From Bacteroidales bacterium UBA1402 (GTDB taxonomy: Bacteria; Bacteroidota; Bacteroidia; Bacteroidales; UBA1402), in assembly GCA_002305085.1 (NCBI GenBank), contig DBQE01000006.1:76139-140138 (forward strand): a stretch of 64,000 nt of DNA. The letters are read 5' to 3'. The notes under the pieces were generated by a model. The model was not told the origin of the DNA, made no database searches, and saw only the letters and a program-made list of their open reading frames with translations. This document shows, one piece after another, positions 8,537 through 16,694 of the stretch; position 1 is the stretch's first letter; each line of letters starts with the position of its first letter. Both the position numbers and the translations under genes were made by a program.

Positions 8537-10079
8537 TATTCATTGGATAGATCTGGGCATTGTCCTGATAAGTGTGCTACTAACCGTTTTTGTTGGTATT
8601 TATTTCGCCAAACACCAAAAGAGTTCCGATAATTATTTTGCCGGCAGCAAAAGAATTCCCTCATGGGCTATAGGCTTATCTATTTTTGCTACTCTGATAA
8701 GCAGTGTTACCTTTTTGGCTTATCCTGCCGCCGCCTACAAAGGCAACTGGATTTTGCTGGTACAAGGGCTGATGGTTCCGGTAGTGTTGGTATTTCTGAT
8801 ATGGCTGATTGTTCCTTTATTCCGCAAAATGATTCGTTTAAGTACTTACGAATATTTTGAGCGGCGTTTTGGATTTTTAGCCAGGATTTACAGCTCGTTG
8901 GCTTTTATTCTGACCCACTTTTCGAAAATGGGCACTGTGTTGTATTTGGTCAGTCTGGCACTTCACAGCATGATAGGTGTCAATGTGATTTGGGTTATTT
9001 GGTTTTTGGGTATAGCCATTGTGTTGCTTACTCTGTTAGGGGGTATGGAGGGGGTGATATGGATGGACGTTATTCAGGGAATTTTATTGATATGCGGAGG
9101 CCTGCTTTGTGCCGGAATATTGCTTTTCAGGCCCGAAGGAGGACCTGTGTCGGTCCTTACGGAAGCCATCACTACCAAGAAGATTGGCTTTGGTCCCTAT
9201 GACTTCAATTTTGCCGAATTGACTTTTTGGGTTATGGCTATCAACGGGATTTTTTATGCCTTGCAAAAATACGGCACCGATCAGACTATAGTACAACGCT
9301 ATCTGACTGCCAAAACCGACAGAGATGCCAAAAAAGCGGCTTACATCGGAGTAGGCCTCAGTGTGCCCATCTGGACCTTGTTTATGTTGATAGGTACTGC
9401 TCTGTATTTTTTCTATCATTCCGGAACAGCCGTACTGCCCGAGGGTTTGAAAGCAGACGAAGTCTTTCCCTATTTTATCATAAACGAACTACCTGTAGGT
9501 ATTGTTGGTCTGGTTATCGCAGCCTTGGTGGCTGCTGCCATTTCCAGCCTTGATTCGGATATGAATTGTCTGGCTGCCATCGGGGTGGAAGATTATTATC
9601 AGCGTCTAAAACCAAACTGCACCGATAAGCAACGGTTGAATATGGGCAGAATATTGGTTGCCGTTTCGGGCTTGGCCTCCATAGGTGTAGCCAGTCTTTA
9701 CGCCGTTTGGGAGGGTGAAGGAGTGCTGGGTGTGATTTTTGAATTATACGCCATTTTCTCTGCCGGGATAGTCGGTATCTTTCTATTGGGGCTTTTCAGC
9801 AAAAGGGCCAACAAACAAGGCTTGTACATCGGCATGCTGGTTTGTGTGCTCTTTACGGCTTATGCGGTACTAACCAGCACATCCGTCGAGGTTGGAGGCA
9901 GCAAACGTCTGATTCTCGATTTGGGCTCAATGAACTTTCCCCATCATAAGTACATGTTGGGCGTTTACAGTCATCTGATTGTATTGGTAGTGGGTTATGT
10001 GGCCAGTTTGTTTTTCCCGAAACCCCAATTGGAAAAGGGCCTGACCATTTTCGATTACAAAAAGCCGGGCAAAAATTAA
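8529..10079 (+). CDS. Sodium:solute symporter (SSS family, SiaT-like)
   Basis: Many hydrophobic segments. Motifs YFAG..IPSWAIGLSIFATLISSVTF, GGMEGVIWMDVIQ, TDQTIVQRYL and AAAISSLDS. Confidence 0.9.
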   Translation: MNSIHWIDLGIVLISVLLTVFVGIYFAKHQKSSDNYFAGSKRIPSWAIGLSIFATLISSVTFLAYPAAAYKGNWILLVQGLMVPVVLVFLIWLIVPLFRKMIRLSTYEYFERRFGFLARIYSSLAFILTHFSKMGTVLYLVSLALHSMIGVNVIWVIWFLGIAIVLLTLLGGMEGVIWMDVIQGILLICGGLLCAGILLFRPEGGPVSVLTEAITTKKIGFGPYDFNFAELTFWVMAINGIFYALQKYGTDQTIVQRYLTAKTDRDAKKAAYIGVGLSVPIWTLFMLIGTALYFFYHSGTAVLPEGLKADEVFPYFIINELPVGIVGLVIAALVAAAISSLDSDMNCLAAIGVEDYYQRLKPNCTDKQRLNMGRILVAVSGLASIGVASLYAVWEGEGVLGVIFELYAIFSAGIVGIFLLGLFSKRANKQGLYIGMLVCVLFTAYAVLTSTSVEVGGSKRLILDLGSMNFPHHKYMLGVYSHLIVLVVGYVASLFFPKPQLEKGLTIFDYKKPGKN

Positions 10080-10085
10080 CTGATT

Positions 10086-11234
10086 ATGAGAAGCATTGAA
10101 CTGATACAACCCAAACATATAATCTTTGGTGCCGGCTATGCACAAGACTGGGCAAATATTGTATTGGCCGGGAAAAAACAAAGGGTGTTGCTTTTATCTA
10201 CTCATCCCCTTTGGGCTGTTTTAGAAAAAAGCATCGGGAACGCGCGAGAAAAAGGATTGGAGTTGTTGTGTCTGGATTATTCCTGGCGAGCCGAGCCCGA
10301 CACGGAAATCTTTGAAAACCTGCACCGGCAAAGCAAAGACTTCGGCCCCCAGGCAATCGTGGCCATCGGCGGAGGCAGCGTGCTCGACGTGGGCAAGCTG
10401 CTGGCAGCCCTGTCTTCGGGTACCCAAAAGCCCTCCGATGTTTTTGGTAAAAATCTGCTCGACAGCCGGGACAATCTGTTGATTTGTGTTCCCACCACGG
10501 CGGGAACCGGCAGTGAAGTATCGCCCAACGCCATTTTGTTCGATTTGCGCGACGGTGAGAAAAAAGGCATCATCAGTCCATGGCTGATACCAGATACGGC
10601 ATTGATCGATCCGGAGATGACTTTTAGCCTGCCCCCGAAACTCACTGCCGAAACGGGCATGGATGCTTTATGCCACTGTATTGAGGCTTATACCAACAAA
10701 TACGCCCACCCGGCCGTAGATCTGTACGCCCTCAAGGGAATTGAGTACGTGTACAAAAACTTGAAAACAGCGGTAAAGGAGGGTAACAATATCGAAGCCC
10801 GCTCTGCCATGGCCTTGGCTTCTATGTATGGAGGACTTTGTCTGGGCCCGGTGAATACTTCGGCCGTGCATGCCTTATCCTACGGCCTGGCCGGGAAATA
10901 TCATTTTTCCCACGGCTTAGCCAACGCCGTTTTGTTGCCTGCCGTAATGTTGTTCAACATGGAAGCCGATTTGGAAAAAAATGCTCGAATAGCTTTGGCT
11001 ATGGGTCTTCCGGATAAAGGAGATCTGAGAGCGACGGCTCGGTCGGGAATAAAAGCCATACAAGAGCTTTCACGTGATTGCGGTATTCCTCAAAGCTTGT
11101 CTTCGCTGGGAGTTAAACGGGAAGATTTACCGCAGTTGGCAGACATGGCCATGAACGTCAAGCGCTTGTTGAATAATAATCCCAGAGAACTTGAGTGGAA
11201 AGATGCCCTGAGTATTTATCAATCTATACTATGA
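10086..11234 (+). CDS. Iron-containing alcohol dehydrogenase family oxidoreductase
   Basis: GGGS nucleotide-binding motif and PTTAGTGSE. Metal ligands in DALCHCIE, HALSY and HGLANA. Confidence 0.9.
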   Translation: MRSIELIQPKHIIFGAGYAQDWANIVLAGKKQRVLLLSTHPLWAVLEKSIGNAREKGLELLCLDYSWRAEPDTEIFENLHRQSKDFGPQAIVAIGGGSVLDVGKLLAALSSGTQKPSDVFGKNLLDSRDNLLICVPTTAGTGSEVSPNAILFDLRDGEKKGIISPWLIPDTALIDPEMTFSLPPKLTAETGMDALCHCIEAYTNKYAHPAVDLYALKGIEYVYKNLKTAVKEGNNIEARSAMALASMYGGLCLGPVNTSAVHALSYGLAGKYHFSHGLANAVLLPAVMLFNMEADLEKNARIALAMGLPDKGDLRATARSGIKAIQELSRDCGIPQSLSSLGVKREDLPQLADMAMNVKRLLNNNPRELEWKDALSIYQSIL

Positions 11235-12286
11235 TCGCAATGAACAAAACAAATAATACCAAACCCGTTATAGGAATCAGCATGGGCGATCCCGCCGGTA
11301 TCGGCCCCGAGATCATTGTGAAAGCTTTATCTTCAGCGGAGGTTTATGCCGCCTGCCGGCCCGTGGTGGTAGGAGATGCCGGAGTTATGCGACAAGCCGT
11401 ACAATTACTGGGCAAGGACCTGAAAATTCATCCGGTTCAAAGCATTCCGGAGGCTCGCTTTGAGTACGGCACCATAGATGTGTATGATTTGCATAACGTT
11501 GATTTAAGCAAGTTACAACACGGTGTGGTATCTGCTATGGCGGGCGGGGCGGCTTTCGAGGCGGTGCGTTGCCTGATCGATCTGGCCATGACTTCTCAGG
11601 TGGACGCCACTGTTACGGCGCCTATCAACAAGGAGTCTATCCACAAGGCCGGACACGCCTTTTCGGGACATACCGAAATTTATGCCCATTACACCAACAC
11701 CAAAAATTACGCCATGCTGCTGGCCGATGACGCCCTCAGAGTGATACACGTCAGTACTCACGTGTCTTTGCGTCAGGCTTGCGACCGCGTAACCAAATCG
11801 AGGGTGCTCGATGTAATAGAGCTTTTGAACAAGGCCTGCGTGCAATTTGGTATTGCCAGGCCTCGTCTGGCGGTAGCCGGCCTGAATCCCCACGCCGGCG
11901 AAAACGCCTTGTTTGGCGATGAAGAGGTCAAAGAAATCGTCCCGGCGGTAGAGGAAGCTCAACGGCGAGGTTATCTGGTGGAAGGGCCCCTGCCTCCGGA
12001 TACTGTGTTTACCAAAGCGGTGCAGGGCCGTTACGACGGTTGTGTAGCCATGTACCACGACCAGGGACATATCCCCTTTAAGTTGCTGGGATTTAAGTGG
12101 AATAATGAAACCCAGAAAATGGATAGTGTTAAAGGCGTCAATATAACCTTGGGCTTACCCATCATCAGAACCTCTGTGGATCACGGCACTGCCTTTGAAA
12201 TTGCGGGCAAGGGGATAGCCTGCGAAGACGCTATGCTCATTTCGATCGATTACGCCTTGAAAATGGCCAAAAATAGAATCCAATGA
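11231..12286 (+). CDS. pdxA: PdxA-family dehydrogenase, probably PdxA2-type (D-threonate/D-erythronate 4-phosphate dehydrogenase)
   Basis: Motifs GDPAGIGPE, TAPINKE, GHTE, HVSTHVSL, NPHAGE, YHDQG and RTSVDHGTA. ATGA overlaps with both neighbours. Adjacent to a DUF1537 kinase. Confidence 0.9.
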   Translation: MIAMNKTNNTKPVIGISMGDPAGIGPEIIVKALSSAEVYAACRPVVVGDAGVMRQAVQLLGKDLKIHPVQSIPEARFEYGTIDVYDLHNVDLSKLQHGVVSAMAGGAAFEAVRCLIDLAMTSQVDATVTAPINKESIHKAGHAFSGHTEIYAHYTNTKNYAMLLADDALRVIHVSTHVSLRQACDRVTKSRVLDVIELLNKACVQFGIARPRLAVAGLNPHAGENALFGDEEVKEIVPAVEEAQRRGYLVEGPLPPDTVFTKAVQGRYDGCVAMYHDQGHIPFKLLGFKWNNETQKMDSVKGVNITLGLPIIRTSVDHGTAFEIAGKGIACEDAMLISIDYALKMAKNRIQ

Positions 12287-13476
12287 TTGTCATTATTGCA
12301 GACGATTTAACCGGAGCAGCCGAAACCGTCGGTATCTGTTTGCGTCACGGAGTCGGGGCGGCCATGATTATGGAAATCCCGGGCGAAGAGCGTTTGCAGG
12401 AATATACAAAAGAGGGAATAGCTGTATTGGTAATTGCCTGTGATACAAGATCCGGCACCTTAGAAGAGGCCTGCCGGGTAAACCGTTTACTGGGTGAAAC
12501 GCTCAAACAGGCCGGATTCACGCAAATCTTCAAAAAAATCGACTCCGTATTGCGAGGCTGGGTAGTACCCGAACTGAATACACTGGCCCGATTGACGGGC
12601 AAAAGCAGTTTGCTGATCCAGCCGGCCAATCCCGGAGCCGGACGTTGCATTCGCGACGGAAAGTATTTTATTAACGGGATTGAATTAAGCGAAACGGCTT
12701 TTGGCCTGGATCCTGAGTTCCCTGCCTCTTCGTCGGATGTAATGGAGATACTGCAAGAGTGTCTGCCCGGAAAAGAGCCGGCCTCGGTAATAAAATTCAG
12801 TATTCCGGATGCCTGTTATCCGGAAGATTTACGCAACAGCGCCCTGCAATGTGGCCCGGATGTTTTACCGGCCGGCAGTGCCGCTTTTTGGGAGGCCTAT
12901 CTCGAGGAGCAAATCAAGCGGGGCCTGATCCTTACCGCCGGTATCAATTACCGACCCCATACACAACGTAAAAAGCCGCCTGTTCCTTCGACACACAATT
13001 TCTTGATGATCTGTGGCAGTGCTCATCAACACAGTCTGGATTACGACGAATATTTAAGAAAGCAGGGGGTAACTCTGATAGAAATGCCCCCGGAATTAAG
13101 TTCGGAACAAGAACCGGATCCGGCCGATCTGGTTGCCTGGGCGAGTGCCTGTGTGGAAGCCTGGAAAAAAGAACCCCGTTTGGCTCTAAGGATTGCCTCT
13201 AAACCAATCAACTACGAGAACAGCGCCCACAAACTCAAAGCTCGTTTTACCGATGCCTTGCAATTGATTTTACAGCAAATCAAACCGGCCGAATTATTCA
13301 TCGAAGGAGGTGCGACGGCTGCGAGTCTGCTGAACCGGCTCAACTGGACGACATTTAAACCGGTGGACGAATTGGCTCCGGGAGTGGTCCGCTTACAATT
13401 GATGCCTGAACCTTCTCTTTTTATAACCTTGAAACCGGGCAGTTATTTCTGGCCGGAATTCTTATTCAATTCATAG
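12283..13476 (+). CDS. Four-carbon acid sugar kinase (DUF1537 family, DtnK/DenK-like)
   Basis: N-terminal IADDLTGA, KKIDSVLRG, and C-terminal GGATA and TLKPGS motifs. Confidence 0.9.
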   Translation: MIVIIADDLTGAAETVGICLRHGVGAAMIMEIPGEERLQEYTKEGIAVLVIACDTRSGTLEEACRVNRLLGETLKQAGFTQIFKKIDSVLRGWVVPELNTLARLTGKSSLLIQPANPGAGRCIRDGKYFINGIELSETAFGLDPEFPASSSDVMEILQECLPGKEPASVIKFSIPDACYPEDLRNSALQCGPDVLPAGSAAFWEAYLEEQIKRGLILTAGINYRPHTQRKKPPVPSTHNFLMICGSAHQHSLDYDEYLRKQGVTLIEMPPELSSEQEPDPADLVAWASACVEAWKKEPRLALRIASKPINYENSAHKLKARFTDALQLILQQIKPAELFIEGGATAASLLNRLNWTTFKPVDELAPGVVRLQLMPEPSLFITLKPGSYFWPEFLFNS

Positions 13477-13479
13477 ACA

Positions 13480-15063
13480 ATGAAAAATCTGATCAGCCTG
13501 GCATGGCTTCTTTTATTGCCTTTTTACGCGGAAGCAACTACTGTCAACGCACTCAAAGCCGGCGCAAAAAACGATGGCAAAACACTGAATACCAATGCTA
13601 TTTCTAAAGCAATCGATAAACTGAGTTCCCAAGGTGGCGGCACCTTGTATTTTCCTTCGGGTACCTATCTGACCGGTCCCATAAGGCTCCAAAGCAACAT
13701 TACGCTCGATTTGGATGCCGGAGCCGTGTTGTCTTTTTCGGATCGTTTCGACTTATATATGCCTTACGTCGAAATGCGTTACGAGGGAGTGGTGATGAAG
13801 AGCTTTCATCCTTTGATTTATGCTTACGAAGCTGAAAACATCACTATCAAGGGCAGAGGAAGACTCGAAGGTAACGGCCGGGCTTGGTGGGAAGAGACCT
13901 GGCGACTGGAAACGGCGTTCTACAAGGGAGAATTGCAAGACGCCGAACCGACCAAATACCAGCAAGCCTGGCTGGATGCCAATCCCGGTTTCAGTGTCGA
14001 ACCCCAGTCGGACTGGAAAAACACCTTGGCCAGGCATTGGTTCAGACCGCCTTTTATTCAATTGTACAAATGCAAAAACATTTTGATAGAAGGTCTGCAC
14101 ATCGCTAATTCTCCTTTCTGGACCGTAAATCCGGAATTTTGCGATAATCTCACCATCCAGGGCCTGACCATCGTAAATCCGAATTCCCCCAACACCGACG
14201 GTATCAACCCCGAATCCTGTACCAATGTGCATATTTCCAATTGCCATATCAGCGTCGGCGACGACTGCATCACCATCAAATCGGGTCGTGACCTGCAAGG
14301 GCGTCAATACGCCGCTCCCTGCGAAAACATCACCATCACCAATTGCACCATGCTTTCCGGTCATGGCGGCGTGGTTATTGGCAGTGAGATGTCGGGAGAT
14401 GTCCGCAAGATCACCATCAGCAATTGCGTGTTCGACGGCACCGACCGTGGTATCCGCTTAAAGTCAACCCGGGGCAGGGGAGGCATAGTCGAAGAAATCC
14501 GCGTGAGCAATATTGTGATGAAGAACATTCAAAAAGAGGCCATTATTCTAAACCTGTTTTACAGCAGGGTGCCTCAGGAGCCCGTGACCGAAAGAACTCC
14601 CATTTTTAGAAACATCCATATTTCGGGCATGACCGGCTCGGAGGTGAAATCGGCAGGATCGATTCTCGGCATTCCTGAAATGCCCATTTCCAATATTAGC
14701 ATAGAAGACGTGAATATCCAGGCAGAAAGCGGTTTCAGTGTTCAGGATGCCCGGGACATTCAATTGCGCAATATATGCATCGACACCCAAAAAGGGCCGA
14801 TTGTACAATGCAAGGATGCAGCCGAATTGTATTTGTCCAATATACGAAGCTCCAAACCCTTGGCGGAGGCCGCTTTGCTAAGGATGGAAAACGTCAGCGA
14901 CGTCTTTATTGAAGGCTGTTTCCCCTTGCCCGGAAGCAAAGCTTTTTTGGAATTGTCCGGTGCGGAAAGCGGCAGGGTGATATTGAAAAACAATTTTGTT
15001 GAACGCATTGAACAACCTTACCTTATTCATGAAATGGTCGATTCTGCCGCATTGGTTTATTGA
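13480..15063 (+). CDS. Glycoside hydrolase family 28 (polygalacturonase/galacturonidase)
   Basis: Signal peptide. GH28 signature motifs NTDG, GDDC, GHGG...GSE and RLKS. Confidence 0.92.
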   Translation: MKNLISLAWLLLLPFYAEATTVNALKAGAKNDGKTLNTNAISKAIDKLSSQGGGTLYFPSGTYLTGPIRLQSNITLDLDAGAVLSFSDRFDLYMPYVEMRYEGVVMKSFHPLIYAYEAENITIKGRGRLEGNGRAWWEETWRLETAFYKGELQDAEPTKYQQAWLDANPGFSVEPQSDWKNTLARHWFRPPFIQLYKCKNILIEGLHIANSPFWTVNPEFCDNLTIQGLTIVNPNSPNTDGINPESCTNVHISNCHISVGDDCITIKSGRDLQGRQYAAPCENITITNCTMLSGHGGVVIGSEMSGDVRKITISNCVFDGTDRGIRLKSTRGRGGIVEEIRVSNIVMKNIQKEAIILNLFYSRVPQEPVTERTPIFRNIHISGMTGSEVKSAGSILGIPEMPISNISIEDVNIQAESGFSVQDARDIQLRNICIDTQKGPIVQCKDAAELYLSNIRSSKPLAEAALLRMENVSDVFIEGCFPLPGSKAFLELSGAESGRVILKNNFVERIEQPYLIHEMVDSAALVY

Positions 15064-15133
15064 TATGAAACATTCCTGACGTATTCTACATCCGAGCGAA
15101 TGAAACAGAATTGCTAACATTAAAAATTCACGT

Positions 15134-16525
15134 ATGAACAAAATCTGGCTTACAGTCTTATTGTGTATTAGTGTCTGCGCCTATTCTCAGCAGAATTCCG
15201 ACAATTGCTTCCGGCGTCCTCTCAAAGAGGTGTTGACGGATTTGCAGTCGCAATTTGGCGTACGTCTGCGTTTTTCCGAAGAACTGGTCAGGGATAAAGT
15301 GCTCGATTACGCCGATTGGCGCATTCATCCCTGGAGTCTTGAAGAAAGCCTGAACAACGTTTTGCTGCCTTTTGACTATAAATTTGTCAAAGAAAGCAGT
15401 ACTTCTTACGAAATCAAAGCCTTCGAGTATGCGCGCAGAACGGCTGATTTCGGCAGGGATTTTTTAGATTACCTGAGTAGCCGGCACGCCGATTTGCCCG
15501 CCTGGGAAGCTCGTAAGGCCCTGCTCAAAAAAGAAATGAAGATCGCTGCCGGCTTGGATCCGTTGCCCCGGAGTCCCGGGACTAAACCTATCCTGGGCCC
15601 TAAACGTAAATACGAAGGCTACTACGTGCAAAATATAGCCTTGGAAATTTTACCCGGCGTTTTTTGTACGGGTTCAATATACCATCCCATTGGAAACAAA
15701 GGCAAATGTCCTATTATGCTCAATCCCAACGGTCATTTTGGTGATGGCCGTTATCGCGCCGACCAACAACTGCGCTGTGCCATGCAAGCCAGGATGGGCA
15801 TCATTGCGGTCAGTTACGATCTTTTTGCCTGGGATGAACAGTTGTTGCAATTCGACAGCAGAAGCCATCGCAGCAGCATGGCCCACACCATACAAAGCCT
15901 GAACGCCATTAGAATGCTCGATTATCTCTGTGCTTTGAAAGAAGCCGATCTCAGCAGAGTGGGGATAACCGGCGGATCGGGCGGCGGCAGCCAAACCATG
16001 TTTATTACGGCCATCGACGAGAGGATTACTCTGAGTATGCCGGTAGTGATGACTTCGTCTTATTTTGTGGGCGGCTGTCCCTGCGAAAGCGGCAATCCGA
16101 TTCATCTTTGCGGGGGCAGAACCAACAACGCCGAGATAACCGCCATGTGTGCTCCCCGTCCCTTACTTGTTGTATCCGACGGTAAAGATTGGACCAAAGA
16201 CGTTCCGGACTTGGAATTTCCCTATATTCGCAGTATATATGCTTTGTACGGCAAGGAAGATCTGGCCGAAAATGCCCATTTTGGAGACGAAGGTCACGAC
16301 TACGGCTTTTCGAAACGTCAGGCGACCTATGCTTTTATAGAAAAACATTGGAACCTGAATACCAAAGGATTGAAGAACGCCGGTGGGCAATGGGATGAGT
16401 CCGGGGTGACGGTGGAACCCTATCCGTCCCTGAAAGTTTTCGGTGCAGACGGCAAAGGTTTACCCGCCCACGCCGTCAAGGGGATGGATGAGTTATACCG
16501 GGTTTTTGAAGCAGCCAAACAATAA
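15134..16525 (+). CDS. Alpha/beta-hydrolase carbohydrate esterase (CE19/BT1017-like RG-II methylesterase candidate)
   Basis: Signal peptide, small N-terminal domain, nucleophile elbow TGGSGGG, PNGH, GCPCE, and His in EGHDYG. Follows a GH28 gene. Confidence 0.65.
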   Translation: MNKIWLTVLLCISVCAYSQQNSDNCFRRPLKEVLTDLQSQFGVRLRFSEELVRDKVLDYADWRIHPWSLEESLNNVLLPFDYKFVKESSTSYEIKAFEYARRTADFGRDFLDYLSSRHADLPAWEARKALLKKEMKIAAGLDPLPRSPGTKPILGPKRKYEGYYVQNIALEILPGVFCTGSIYHPIGNKGKCPIMLNPNGHFGDGRYRADQQLRCAMQARMGIIAVSYDLFAWDEQLLQFDSRSHRSSMAHTIQSLNAIRMLDYLCALKEADLSRVGITGGSGGGSQTMFITAIDERITLSMPVVMTSSYFVGGCPCESGNPIHLCGGRTNNAEITAMCAPRPLLVVSDGKDWTKDVPDLEFPYIRSIYALYGKEDLAENAHFGDEGHDYGFSKRQATYAFIEKHWNLNTKGLKNAGGQWDESGVTVEPYPSLKVFGADGKGLPAHAVKGMDELYRVFEAAKQ

Positions 16526-16659
16526 ACAACTTCAAGGACAGCAATAACTTCAGGGACAACACCAACTCCAAGAATAGCAAAACCAATGGAAGAGACAACA
16601 CCAACTCCAGGGAGACCAAAACAATTTAAAGGACAACAAAAGCAACTCTAAGGATACCA
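16526..16659. repeat. Degenerate intergenic tandem repeat, 18-21 bp unit, about 7 copies
   Basis: acaacttcaaggacagca / ataacttcagggacaaca / ccaactccaagaatagca / aaaccaatggaagagacaaca / ccaactccagggagacca / acaatttaaaggacaaca / gcaactctaaggatacca. Confidence 0.8.
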
Positions 16660-16694
16660 AAAAGATCATCCTCAATACAATAAAAGATAAAACT

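Noticed and set aside
11231-12286. Vitamin B6 biosynthesis role for PdxA
   Set aside because: Coupling to a DUF1537 kinase is the signature of catabolic PdxA2. No pdxJ or pdxB is in the window.
7634-13476. Apiose/apionate or Kdo as the cassette substrate
   Set aside because: Kdo aldol cleavage gives arabinose and needs no C4 kinase or PdxA. Known apionate routes use an oxidoisomerase plus a decarboxylase, transketolase or RuBisCO-like protein, none seen here, and do not use a pyruvate aldolase. Less parsimonious, but not excluded experimentally.
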